In this document: piece after piece, positions 1 through 10,422 of the stretch
Layout of the letters: each line of letters starts with the position of its first letter
Position numbering within the stretch: position 1 is the first letter of the stretch
Origin: Macrostomum lignano
Lineage: Eukaryota
Assembly (NCBI GenBank): GCA_002269645.1
Contig: NIVC01000406.1
Location: 159,494-223,493 of the forward strand
Direction: 5' to 3'
DNA length: 64,000 bases
The notes under the pieces: generated by a model
Told to the model about the DNA's origin: nothing
Databases searched by the model: none
Seen by the model: the letters and a program-made list of their open reading frames with translations, nothing else
Made by a program: the position numbers and the translations under genes

Positions 1-267
1 GGTTTTAGGCTAAGGTTTGTTTGGGTTTAGGTTTAGGTTTTAGGCTAAGGTTTGGGTGTAGGGTTTAGGTTTTAGGCTAAGGTTTGTTTGGGTTTAGGTT
101 TAGGTTTAGGCTAAGGTTTGGGTTTAGGGTTTAGAGTTTAGGCTAAGGTTTGTTTGGGTTTAGGTTTAGGTTTAGGTTAAGGTTTGGTTTTTGGGTTTAG
201 GGTTTAGGCTAACGTTTGCTTGGGTTTAGGTTTAGGTTTAGGCTAAGGTTTGGGTTTAGGTTTAGAT
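1..267 (+). repeat. Degenerate telomere-like array (TTTAGG/TTAGGG/GCTAAGG variants) with a ~67-bp higher-order period
   Basis: GGTTTTAGGCTAAGGTTTGTTTGGGTTTAGG recurs at 1 and ~68. The array continues at 541-610 after the MITE. Confidence 0.85.
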
Positions 268-540
268 CAGGGGTCGGCAAACTTTTTTACCTTAAGGGCC
301 AGACAGAGAAACTAGCGCATGACTGCTGGTCAGAGGAGGGCAGAGAGAAGAGGGAGTGGAGAAGAGAGAGTTAAGATAGCTAAAAAGGAGAAGAGAGGAG
401 AGGAGTGATGAATTAGAGAGAAGAGAAGGTGAGAGAAGAGAAGAGATAAACCTTGAGCGGGTCGGATTGCCATTGTGAAGTTTCAAAGGACCAGAGGGCC
501 GGATAAAGAGGCTTGGCGGGCCGGAGTTTGCCGACCCCTG
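268..540. mobile_element. hAT-type MITE (273 bp)
   Basis: Perfect 16-bp TIRs CAGGGGTCGGCAAACT / AGTTTGCCGACCCCTG. The 8-bp flanks GTTTAGAT / GTTTAGGG are an imperfect TSD resembling the hAT NTYTAGAN target. No coding capacity. Confidence 0.85.
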
Positions 541-610
541 GTTTAGGGTTTAGGCTAAGGTTTAGGTTAGGGTTAGGGTTTAAGATAAGGTTTAGGTTAG
601 GGTTAGGGTT
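541..610 (+). repeat. Telomere-like TTAGGG/TTTAGG repeat, continuation of 1-267
   Basis: GTTTAGGGTTTAGGCTAAGGTTTAGGTTAGGGTTAGGG... Confidence 0.8.
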
Positions 611-1464
611 GGAGTCGGCAGTCAGTTTGCGGCAGTCAGTGGTCGTAGACCTCATTACTGCCATACAACACGAAATCATAGATCTATAGAGGCTTAACTA
701 ATATTAAATATAATAAAAACTATTAGGCAGAGGTTGACCGAGACAGAAAGTTCCATTGAGATTCAGAATAAAGTGGGCGAGTCTTCATGCCTGAATTTTC
801 TATATCCAAACTTCTATTTAATTTATTTTCCAATCCAACTCGCCATAATTCAATTTTTATCGTGTTGGCCCAAAGTTTTTAGAAAGAAAGTAAAACATTC
901 TAACTAGTGTTGGCCGCATGTCCAAGACATACTACTGTTATTACCTACTGTTTATGTAATCAGTAATAATTAAGTGGCAATTTTAGCTTGTTAGGAATAT
1001 TATATCAAATAGTCATTCGAGTTTCAATAGTTCCCTGTTCCATGCACTCTCACCGTCTCCCTATCATCCTCTCTATACTACTTGTATCAGCAAATTAGGA
1101 GTTTACTATTTTGACATTTTAGTATATTATATAAAGTTTATTTATATGTAGTTTTCCATCTAAGCTCTATCTATTTTTTAACGAAGGTAAACAATATATA
1201 CGGTCCAATGTTAAATCAGCGCCTTTCATAATAACTTGCTAATAATCAAAGTCTTATTAATATTTATCGGTACACTGGGCACATATTTATTTATTAGAGG
1301 TTGCTTTTGATTACAGGAAATATCTTTCTTTTAGCGACATTAATTTCAGCTTCTTGTTAAAGTGTTATAAATTATTGAAAAAACTTCTAATATAAATTCA
1401 CTTCGACACAGAAGTGAAAGCAAAGTCGATACGAAAGTCTGTTAGACACCGGTCTGGGTAGCCC

Positions 1465-1960
1465 TCACTCTGATCCTCTTAAATATGGGAAACCAGCCTC
1501 ACTCTGATCCTGTTTAATATGGGAAACCAGCCTCACTCTGATCCTGTTAGATATGGGAAACCAGCCCCACTCTGATCCTGTTAGATATGGGAAACCAGCC
1601 CCACTCTGATCCTGTTAGATATGGGAAACCAGCCTCACTCTGATCCTGTTAGATATGGGAAACCAGCCCCACTCTGATCCTGTTAGATATGGGAAACCAG
1701 CCTCACTCTGATCCTGTTAGATATGGGAAACCAGCCTCACTCTGATCCTGTTAGATATGGGAAACCAGCCTCACTCTGATCCTGTTAGATATGGGAAACC
1801 AGCCTCACTCTGATCCTGTTAGATATGGGAAACCAGCCTCACTCTGACCCTGTTAGATAGGGGAAACCAGCCTCACTCTGATACTGTTAGATATGGGAAA
1901 CCAGCCTCACTCTGATCCTGTTAGATAAGGAAAGCAGCCGCAGTCTGATCCTGTTAGACA
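1465..1960. repeat. 34-bp minisatellite, ~14 copies
   Basis: Unit CACTCTGATCCTGTTAGATATGGGAAACCAGCCT; period seen at 1501/1535. Confidence 0.95.
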
Positions 1961-2346
1961 CGGGAATACAGCCTCTAATGATTAAATCCTAATGTAACAT
2001 CTGAAAACGCTTGAGTTTCCGTAAGCTGAAATAACAACTCAAGTATGTGCAAGAAAGGAAAAATAGTCTCAACTTTGCAAAGTTTGTTAAATCTAATTAC
2101 ATGATGTACATGTATATATTGCTTTAGACGACCTAATGATAATTAAGAGTTTGAATGCATTTTATTGGCCTAATTTAATTATGCAAGTACATGTACTGTA
2201 TAATACAAGTACGTGTGCAAAGTATGCAGTGCTTGAATTATTTGGGTGCAGTTACTGTGCGCAAATGTAAATAATCATCATATCCAATCCAAGTACACGG
2301 GCTGTAATCAAGCAGCCGTCTCGACAGTCATTATTAGTGAAAGTTC

Positions 2347-2931
2347 TCAGTCTCCCAGAACCAGAACCTCGTATTCCTTGCTCTTATGCTCGGTTCCGCC
2401 GTACGGAAAGTAGGCGCAGCGGCGGCTCTTGTGCACCTTGCCCACGCACACGGAGCCATCGACCTGCATAAAGATTAGTGAACAGCAATGTTGAGCGCAA
2501 TAACTAATATACATGTACCACCTTGCAGTTCAAGGTGTCCGCAGGCTTAAGTAAACTGCAGTTTTTACCTCGCCACGAGCGATGTACAGCGGCTCCGCGT
2601 TCTTCTCTCGGCCGGCCACCAGCGCCTTCTTCGGTACGTCGCCGTCCTCCTCCTTCACCCACTTGAAGCCCCTGCCGTAGCAGCCAATGTCGGAGCGGAC
2701 CAGCACCTCGTACTCCGTGATGGAGTGCTCTGTGCCACCATAGGGCACGAAGGCAGCAGTGCAGCCCTGAGACAGCTGGCCCGGCACCCAGAAGCCATCG
2801 AGCTTGGCTCGGACAACGTAGCAGCCAGGAGCAGCCTCGACAGCGTTTGGCGGGATGTCACCGTCGGTGGCAGGCTGCCAGCTGACGCAGATCTCGATGC
2901 CCTTGAATCCGGCGTGCTTCACCTTGCTCAT
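2347..2931 (-). CDS. DM9-repeat (DUF3421, natterin-like N-terminal) protein, copy A, 159 aa, 2 exons
   Basis: Exons 2931-2569 and 2463-2347 with a 105-bp GT-AG intron. Two DM9 repeats: W..A..G.IPPNAV...YV.RA...PG...AFVPYGG.EH....YEVLV and WV...G.VP..A..AG.E...E.LYIARG...GKV....AYFPYGG.EH...YEVLV. Confidence 0.9.
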
Positions 2932-3022
2932 TGTGGTGTTGCCTGACTGTTTCGGGAATGCTTTGACTCTTGAGTGAGCTGTTGAGTTGTGTGTGAGCTT
3001 TTCGGAGTCAAACTTCTGCAGC

Positions 3023-3029
3023 TTAAATA
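3023..3029 (-). promoter_or_regulatory. TATA-like box (TATTTAA) of DM9 copy A
   Basis: Mirror of the 6816-6822 motif, ~90 bp upstream of the ATG. Confidence 0.5.
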
Positions 3030-3751
3030 GACAGCGCAGAGCTCATCTACATGACTGGCACGTCACGGCACTGACAACGTGCAATTCTAATCGCCTTTGC
3101 ATTTTAACTTTTTCACTTTCATTTCGCCTCGCTAGTTGCAGCACCTCGTGCTTCGACTGGCAGAGCACTTTGCTTGCAACGTGAGAGCTTTTAGAATTGA
3201 GGGCACAGGGAACCTACGAGCGTATTCTCACAAATACATGTACGTAAACACAAATTTGCAAAAACAGCCACAGCGAGATTTTTGAGGATGAGGCAGTTTT
3301 GTGATTTAAATTTTAACTACTAGAAATGAAGTTGTGTGAGTTGTGTGAATTAGGACTGAGATTGTTACGGATGATTTTTTCAGAGATGAGATTAATCTCA
3401 TAGTGCGGGATCCAATCCTCAAGGATGAGATTAATAATGATGATATCTGAGATAAATAGGATTATCTGGAATAAACTTATCAGAAATAAGTTTATCTGCG
3501 ATTTAAATTTTTATGTATGACATTATCAGGACTGGGAAAAAAACATGAAATAAATAAATACGAGTATACAATTATCGGGGATAAGACTATCAGGAATGAG
3601 ATAATCAGGGATAAGATTATCAGAGATTTCTTCCTAATCCTCCCCCATAAGATTGTTCGCGCTAAAATACTGAGGACAAAAGCTCTTATTGAAACTCTCA
3701 TTGCACTCATTCTGATAGCCAGGTGCAGAAACAGGTGCGAGAAGCTACTGC

Positions 3752-6240
3752 TGTTGTTTTTGTTGTTGATGCGGCAAAAGCGCCGAGCCGGTCTAAAAGA
3801 ACCGCCTCGCCAGCGCCAGCGCCCTCGCGGGGGCGGCCGTCAGAGTCTCGAGTGGAACGTCGTCGTCATCGAAGATATCCAGCCTCGCTTGACGTAGGGC
3901 TGGCCCGCACGAGAGCCAGTGGACCAGGTCTTCGGGCCCGTCCTGGCACCGTGGACAAGTCGGGTCGGCCGCGGGGTTGACCAGGGCGCCGTACGCTTTA
4001 AGGAGGCTGCAGTGCCCGGAGCGGAGGCGGAGAACAGCATCTTGGCGGCAGGAGATCTCGGCGCGGTCGCGCTGGCGGTCCAGGTCCAGGGCGTGGTAGA
4101 CCGTGGCGGTTCTCGAGTGGCTGATGGGGACCCACTGGAGGGACAGGTCCGGGAACGAAGACAGGTCAGGCAGCGGGTAGCTGTGCTGGGCGCGGCCAGC
4201 CAAGGCGGAGAGGAGCGAACTGCTGTCGGAGCAGATGAGGACCCTGCGCGAGAGAGGCGAATCCAAGACAGGGCCAGCTGGAGCGAGCGCCGCTCCTTAT
4301 CGAAGCTACTGGTCACGGGCGCCCCGCGGCACGCGATCATCTCGATGACGTCGGGGGCCGCCGAGTCTCTACGCCCCTCCGCCGTGGGCGACGCCCTCGC
4401 AGGCCGAGCCGTCGGAGTAGATTACGATGTCCTCGGCGAGTTGCCGGATGGCGGCTTCCGCCTGGCGACGAGGCTCGGTGTCAGACTCCGAGTCCGGCAG
4501 CTGGGTGGCGATGACGGGTGGACGCGTCGTCGTTGACCACGGACATTGCGGGAACGCCGGCAGCGGCTCGCGGGGGCCAGGAGTCCCGGCATACTAGCTA
4601 GGGGCAGTTGGGCGCGGTGACGCCAGCTGCTCCGGGCCGTGCAGTGCGGCACCTGACCCGCCGCGGCACGATGGCGGGGGTGGTTCTGCGGCAAACGGAG
4701 AGCTTTTTCGAATGCGATAAGGCAGATTTGATAGCAAGGGTCGCCTCGGTGCACACACCAGCCTCCAGGTGCAGGGCCTCCGTAGGAGTGGTGCACAATT
4801 GCCCGGTGACGATCCGGAGGGCCTGGTTCTGAGCTCTTTGGAGGCGGGCGATCGCGGAGTCGGAGAGCCAGGGCATCCAGGCCGGAGCGGCGTAAGTGAA
4901 GATGCTTTGGAGAAGAGCCTTGAACGTGCGGAGGAGGCTGTCTTTGGGCCACCCCCAGGACCTTGCAGCGAGGCAAGCCAGCAGGCGGCAGCGGCTATGG
5001 AGAGCGCACGGAACACCTCGGTGACCTGTTTGCGGAAGGCCAGCGAGCGGTCCAGGTGGACGCCGAGGAAGCGTGGGCTATCATTAGCTGGGATCGTGGT
5101 TTCGTTCAACAAAATGCGCGGACGGGCCGGAGCCTCATCAGGCAAACCATCTTCGCTCTTTTTGGCGTTGAGAACCATCTTGTTGGCCGAGCTCCAGATC
5201 GCGACCTGGGAGACCGCGGCTTGGAGGCGTTCGCTGGCCGTCGCGAGATTGTTGTGGCGAGTGTACAGGGCAATTTCGTCAGCGTACACAGTATCGTAAG
5301 CTACTGCACACACTATCGTGGGAAAATCTAAAGCAAAGCATTCTCGATAATTCTTTTTGAAAGACAGATTCCGCTTTGAAAAGGCTTGCATTTGAAAACT
5401 CAAATACGTGAATGAGTCCGATTGGCCTCATCAAGAAATTTGAAGTCGCTGCCAATTAAATCCAGCAGCTGGAATTTCGCTATAAATTCCAGATTCTCTC
5501 AGCCACACCCGAGAAGCATGGTAAAGCTGAGCAGATAGATTCTTTAAGCAGCAATAAAATGCTTTCTTCGCCAGGTTCATTATTCTAATCGCTTCCTCCA
5601 GCTCTTCAACGACGAACGGGGTGTTGAACTCCAGGCTTTGTTTGTCTAAACCCGTTTTGCCCGGTCCTACTTCTCGATCTTGACTTTGCTGTTGCCTGCG
5701 TACTTATTCACAAACACCGCAGCCTTTTCTGACCTCCTGCCTTTTCTCCCTCGTATCTGGTTCGGCGGGGCAGCGTCTTTTGCCGCATAAATCGATTTGA
5801 TAGTGTTCCAAGTCCTTTTCCCCAATTCTTCTTATCCTAAATTTTTCCCGTGAGCTTTCGGCCATTCTTGACTTCCTTCCGCCGTGTCTCTTAGGAAATT
5901 TTCCAGTTCATTCTGCAATGCGTCTATAGTTCCTCGCCCCAGAACGGCTTGTTAATTCGCCCACTTTCTTCTTTGGGATACTCAATTTTGCAGCCTTTAT
6001 CATGGCTTCGCTCAGACCTTTAAATTATTTACCCATTTGCACCGCTCCGCCAACTCCCCGGCTGCTAACGAGACGTCCTGTCAGCCAGTCTACTCGAGTC
6101 GGGGCTCCATCGTTCAGGACCCTGTAGCCAAATTCGTCAAATCAGTCCCCAAGTTCGGCTGCCTTTCTCTGCCCTGTTCTTCGCTGCTCCCCCATCTGGT
6201 GCTATGAAGGTTCAGGACGCCTAGGATCAGCTTCCTTCTG
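3752..6240 (-). mobile_element. Decayed, 5'-truncated non-LTR retrotransposon (I/Ingi-group-like): partial AP endonuclease, RT, RNase H, C-terminal CCHC
   Basis: Minus-strand fragments in shifting frames: GVLNLHSTRWG and GYRVLNDGAPTR (APE, ~6225-6090); FNTPFVVEELEEAI (~5630); ALDF..AYDTV and YADEIALY...RFLGVHLDRSLAF (RT); TYAAPAWMPWLSDSAIARLQRAQNQALRIVTG; ICSDSSSLL and LQWVP.SH (RNase H); LRLRSGH...CPRC......H....C; stop at 3793; short 3' UTR and (CAA)n-like tail at 3752-3768. Confidence 0.9.
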
Positions 6241-6815
6241 TTTGGCTTGAGCCAACTCCAGACACCGTTTTCCTATCGTATAATCTCATGCATGATAATC
6301 GTATGCCTGATGGTCGCATCTCGGAAAATCTCATTCCTGATAATCTCATCCCTGATTATCTCACACGAAATAATCTCACCCCTTCGCTCAACCACTCCAA
6401 TTCCTAGTTGTATAGTCAGTCAATCGACAATGGAATTTCAAAACGCTGACCCTTAGGTCACTGCTAAAGGCGCTCGTCAGTGTGCAGATATTCAGTGCTG
6501 TTCAAATTTCATAAAAATCCTGTCTTATTCTCGGCTGTTTCCAGGTAAATAACAAAGCATCTATTGCGAGCAACAGTTGCAAATTTGTGTTTACGTACAT
6601 GTATTTGTGAGAATAGGGTCCCTGTGCCCTCAATTCTAAAAGCTCTCGCGTTGCAAGCAAAGTGCACTGCCAGTCGAAGCACGAGGTGCTGCAACTAGCG
6701 AGCCGAAATGAAAGTGAAAAAGTTAAAATGCAAAGGCGATTTAACGAATTGCACGTTGTCATACGCTTAGTCAGTGCCGTGACGTGCCAGTCATGCAGAT
6801 GAGCTCTTCGCTGTC

Positions 6816-6822
6816 TATTTAA
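6816..6822 (+). promoter_or_regulatory. TATA-like box (TATTTAA) of DM9 copy B
   Basis: GTCTATTTAAGC lies ~95 bp upstream of ATG 6914 and is conserved in both copies. Confidence 0.5.
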
Positions 6823-6913
6823 GCTGCAGCAGTTTGACTCCGAAAAGCTCACACACAACTCAACAGCTCACTCAAGAGTCAAAGCATTCCCGAAACAGTC
6901 AGGCAACACCACA

Positions 6914-7501
6914 ATGAGCAAGGTGAAGCACGCCGGATTCAAGGGCATCGAGATCTGCGTCAGCTGGCAGCCTGCCACCGACGGTGACATCCCGCCAAAC
7001 GCTGTCGAGGCTGCTCCTGGCTGCTACGTTGTCCGAGCCAAGCTCGATGGCTTCTGGGTGCCGGGCCAGCTGTCTCAGGGCTGCACTGCTGCCTTCGTGC
7101 CCTATGGTGGCACAGAGCACTCCATCACCGAGTACGAGGTGCTGGTCCGCTCAGACATTGGCTGCTACGGCAGGGGCTTCAAGTGGGTGAAGGAGGAAGA
7201 CGGCGACGTACCGAAGAAGGCGCTGGTGGCCGGCCGAGAGAAGAACGCGGAGCCGCTGTACATCGCTCGTGGCGAGGTAAAAACTGCAGTTTACTTAAGC
7301 CTGCGGACACCTTGAACTGCAAGGTGGTACATGTATATTATTAGTTATTGCGCTCAACATTGCTGTTCACTAATCTTTATGCAGGTCGATGGCTCCGTGT
7401 GCGTGGGCAAGGTGCACAAGAGCCGCCGCTGCGCCTACTTTCCGTACGGCGGAAGCGAGCATAAGAGCAAGGAATACGAGGTTCTGGTGCTGGGAGACTG
7501 A
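6914..7501 (+). CDS. DM9-repeat (DUF3421) protein, copy B, 159 aa, 2 exons
   Basis: Exons 6914-7276 and 7385-7501 (GAG|GTAAAA...TGCAG|GTC). The spliced C-terminus is VDGSVCVGKVHKSRRCAYFPYGGSEHKSKEYEVLVLGD*. Confidence 0.9.
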
Positions 7502-9496
7502 GAACTTTGACAATCTGTCTAAAGGCCTAATGACAGCTTAATTACCCAGCCATTGCACTTGGATATGTGTCATTTTTATTTGCGTACAGTACTGCGCGCA
7601 CTTAATTCGACTACTGCGTACTTGCACAACGGTCGTGTCTGCGTGTGTAAGCATAGTTAAATTGATGCGAAAATAAATGGTGTAGGCGGAAATCTAAACC
7701 ATCGTTATCATTAGGTCTACAACAATATAATATGGATTTAACGATTTGTGCAAAGTTAAGGTTATTTTTGCTATTTTTTGCACATACACTCAGGGACATT
7801 GAAAAGTATCCACACTGATCTACGAGTACTGAGTCACAATTGACTCTTATTTTGGCATTCTGACCATAAAAGTCGCATCTATGACTCATCAGTTCCTATT
7901 GTGGGCAATTGAACAATGGCTACCGTTTCCTGCGCGGGATGCCATGTTGCGATCGGAGAGAAAGGGTTCACTAGATCGGGTGGAGACTTTTCAATGTCCC
8001 TGACTGCATTGAACTGTACTTCAGCTTCACAGCACAAATACATTTAGATGTACATTTAGGTTTTAGTGCTTATAAATAGCAGATATCATTGTTGAATGCC
8101 ATTGGAAGTTTAATTTGTAATGTGATATTTTAAAGCAAAATAATTTCAAAGGTAAATTTAACACTGGTTAGATATGTTACACGCATCTCGAGTGTTAAGT
8201 GTACGATAGTTCTGCTAGAGGTGGGAAAAACTTTTAAATAAATGAATTTATTATTGTTAAATGCATTTTTGAGTATATGGTGACACAATGTAGTCAAATA
8301 TACCTCAATTTATACCTCACTCTGAGCCTGCTGTGTGAATGTAAGATTGTACTGAACCTTTAGGACCAAATGAGGTGTTGTGTATCTTTAAAAGAAGCAT
8401 AGGGTCGTTGTGAATTTGAAACATGTGTTTCACATCATACATGTACGAGCGTAGCTTATCGACCTAAATAGATGGAAATATGTATCATTTATCTTACATA
8501 ACTGGCTGATTCTTGTCAATGACCTATCTTAGTGAGTGCTTGACTGCAAATGTCTACTTTTCTTACTTAGAGACTTATCTAAAGTATCAGTGTGACTTGA
8601 TTGCTTAGATAGTTGGCTTTGAACCTCTCGCTGAAATCAATCGTTGCCCGAAGCTAAAGCAAAGAATGCTTGAAATCTTGCGACTGTGACACTAGAAGAG
8701 ATTCGAATACTTAATGGGTTAAGTCGCCGAGAATGGCGATCTCTCCGATTTAATGATTGTCTGCCATTTTTCTTTCCACTTGATTACAGGCACACGATTG
8801 TAAATGAAATTTACTTTGAAGCAAACACCAAACACCGAATATTTAAGTGGGGGGTGGACGTAAAGTGTTGTGATTAAAGCGTCTGAATGTTATTGCTATA
8901 AGTTTCTAAATTAGAGACATTCCGAACAATGGATAAATAATCAGCGGTCCCAGTGCGTGACAACCATTGTCTGGCGAGCGCTTGTTGTCACGTCGTCACG
9001 TGCTGCGACCGCTGATTCTTTGCATTAAAATGCTGCTTGTCGATCCTACAAACAATGCATTTTTGTAGTATATTATTGTTCTACATAAAAAGTGTGAATA
9101 ATGATAGTCAAATTGCTAGACAATGCATTGTCATAAAAACAGCACTCAAGAAAACTCATCGATATTTTATTTTGAAAACGTTCGAAAAAAACAATATAAC
9201 CCTGCATCCCCTGCATAATATATCCCTGCATCAATGATTTACCGTTCAAATTTCGAATCGCCCAAAGCAATAAGCTGAGAAACGGCTGTTTATGAGCAAC
9301 CAGCTCAGCGGGAAATCAATAAACAAATGACACTCGCTCTGAAACACTATTGGCTGTGGGATGCAGCGGGGAATGCGATAGGAGCATATTAACAGAGATC
9401 AGGAGCAGAGTACACCAATATTTTTCGGTAACTTGGAAAACTCAATAAGAACTGAACCATTCTGCTAAGGCTTGTTCCGGTATCGGAAGCAACAGA

Positions 9497-10422
9497 ATGA
9501 GCAGCAACTGGTTTCCTCTTCTGCTCCTTCTGTTTGTCCTGCAAGACGCTGTCCAAGCCGACAGCGAGCTGCACAGCGGAGTGTCGCTCGGCGGCTGCGT
9601 GGTGCCGCAGACTCCGCAGCACTCGCTGACGGCCTCGAGCGCCCGCATGTGCGCTTCCTCCTGTGCTCTCAGCTCCGTCGTCCCTGCATCGCCTGGAGCC
9701 ACCGCGCAGGCGTCTGCAACATGTCCGACAGCCTCCAGACCGCCAGTCTGACGAACGACACCGACTGCCAGTCGTGGAGCGCCCTGCGCCAGCTCGGCCT
9801 CGTCGCCTTCTGGCCCATGAGCAACGCCACTCGGACTCGCAATGCGGTCTCGAACAGCGGCCATCTCGACCTGCAGGAGAACATCCCGATGCAGTACACG
9901 GACAGCGCCGTCAACTTCACTGGTCAGTCGGGTGTGTCAGAGCGGTTCAACATTGACGAGCTGACTTCGGTGTGTCTCACCAGCCTCAGCATGTCAGTGT
10001 GGGTCAAGGTCACCAATGCGTCAAGGGGTTCGATGCCTCTGCTGGAGGGCCTCACAATGCCTTCTTCATACCACACTCGATTTTGGCTTCATCCTACAAC
10101 TACCGACATCGAGCTCACCGTTGCATCGAATGTCCGAGTGTCCGGACCCACCGACACGGCCAGCGGTTGGACCCACATTGCCGCGGTGTACGACAGGCAG
10201 ACTCCGGAAATCAGGATCCTCGTCAACGGAACTCGACAGGCCACCAGCGGCTCGGCCACCGCTTTGACTTCGTGCGCGAACTTCGGCAGCAGCGTGCAGA
10301 TCGGAGCCATCAGCCGCAGTGCCGGCCACAACCGCGTCTTCGAGGGCTTCATGAGATGCTTCGGAGTGTCAGAGAGAGCTCTGAGGGACTCTGAAGTTGC
10401 TCTGCTGCAGGGGCTGTGCTGA
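9497..10422 (+). CDS. Secreted PAN/apple-like + LamG/concanavalin-A-like (Laminin_G_3) protein, intronless, with an apparent 1-nt deletion at 9682-9684
   Basis: Signal peptide MSSNWFPLLLLLFVLQDAVQA. Adding one C to GTCCCTGC joins MCASSCALSSVV to PCIAWSHRAGVCNMS (PAN-like cysteine spacing). LamG motifs follow: LVAFWPM, SLSMSVWVK, WTHIAAVYD, IRILVNG, VQIG, FEGFMRCFGVSERAL. About 308 aa if repaired. It may be a pseudogene or a sequencing error. Confidence 0.75.

Noticed and set aside
1-267. True chromosome end
   Set aside because: The G-rich strand is on + at the left edge, the wrong polarity for a left telomere, and the units are degenerate.
2655-3184. Antisense and overlapping short ORFs around the DM9 genes (also 6502-7190)
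   Set aside because: Shadow frames of GC-rich exons or of the duplicated promoter.
3517-5331. Plus-strand ORFs over the retrotransposon
   Set aside because: Antisense shadows of the GC-rich LINE; no recognisable motifs.
9472-9496. Start of the 316-aa ORF at 9472 as the true N-terminus
   Set aside because: It uses a non-ATG start and has no signal peptide. The ATG at 9497 in another frame gives a signal peptide and PAN cysteines.
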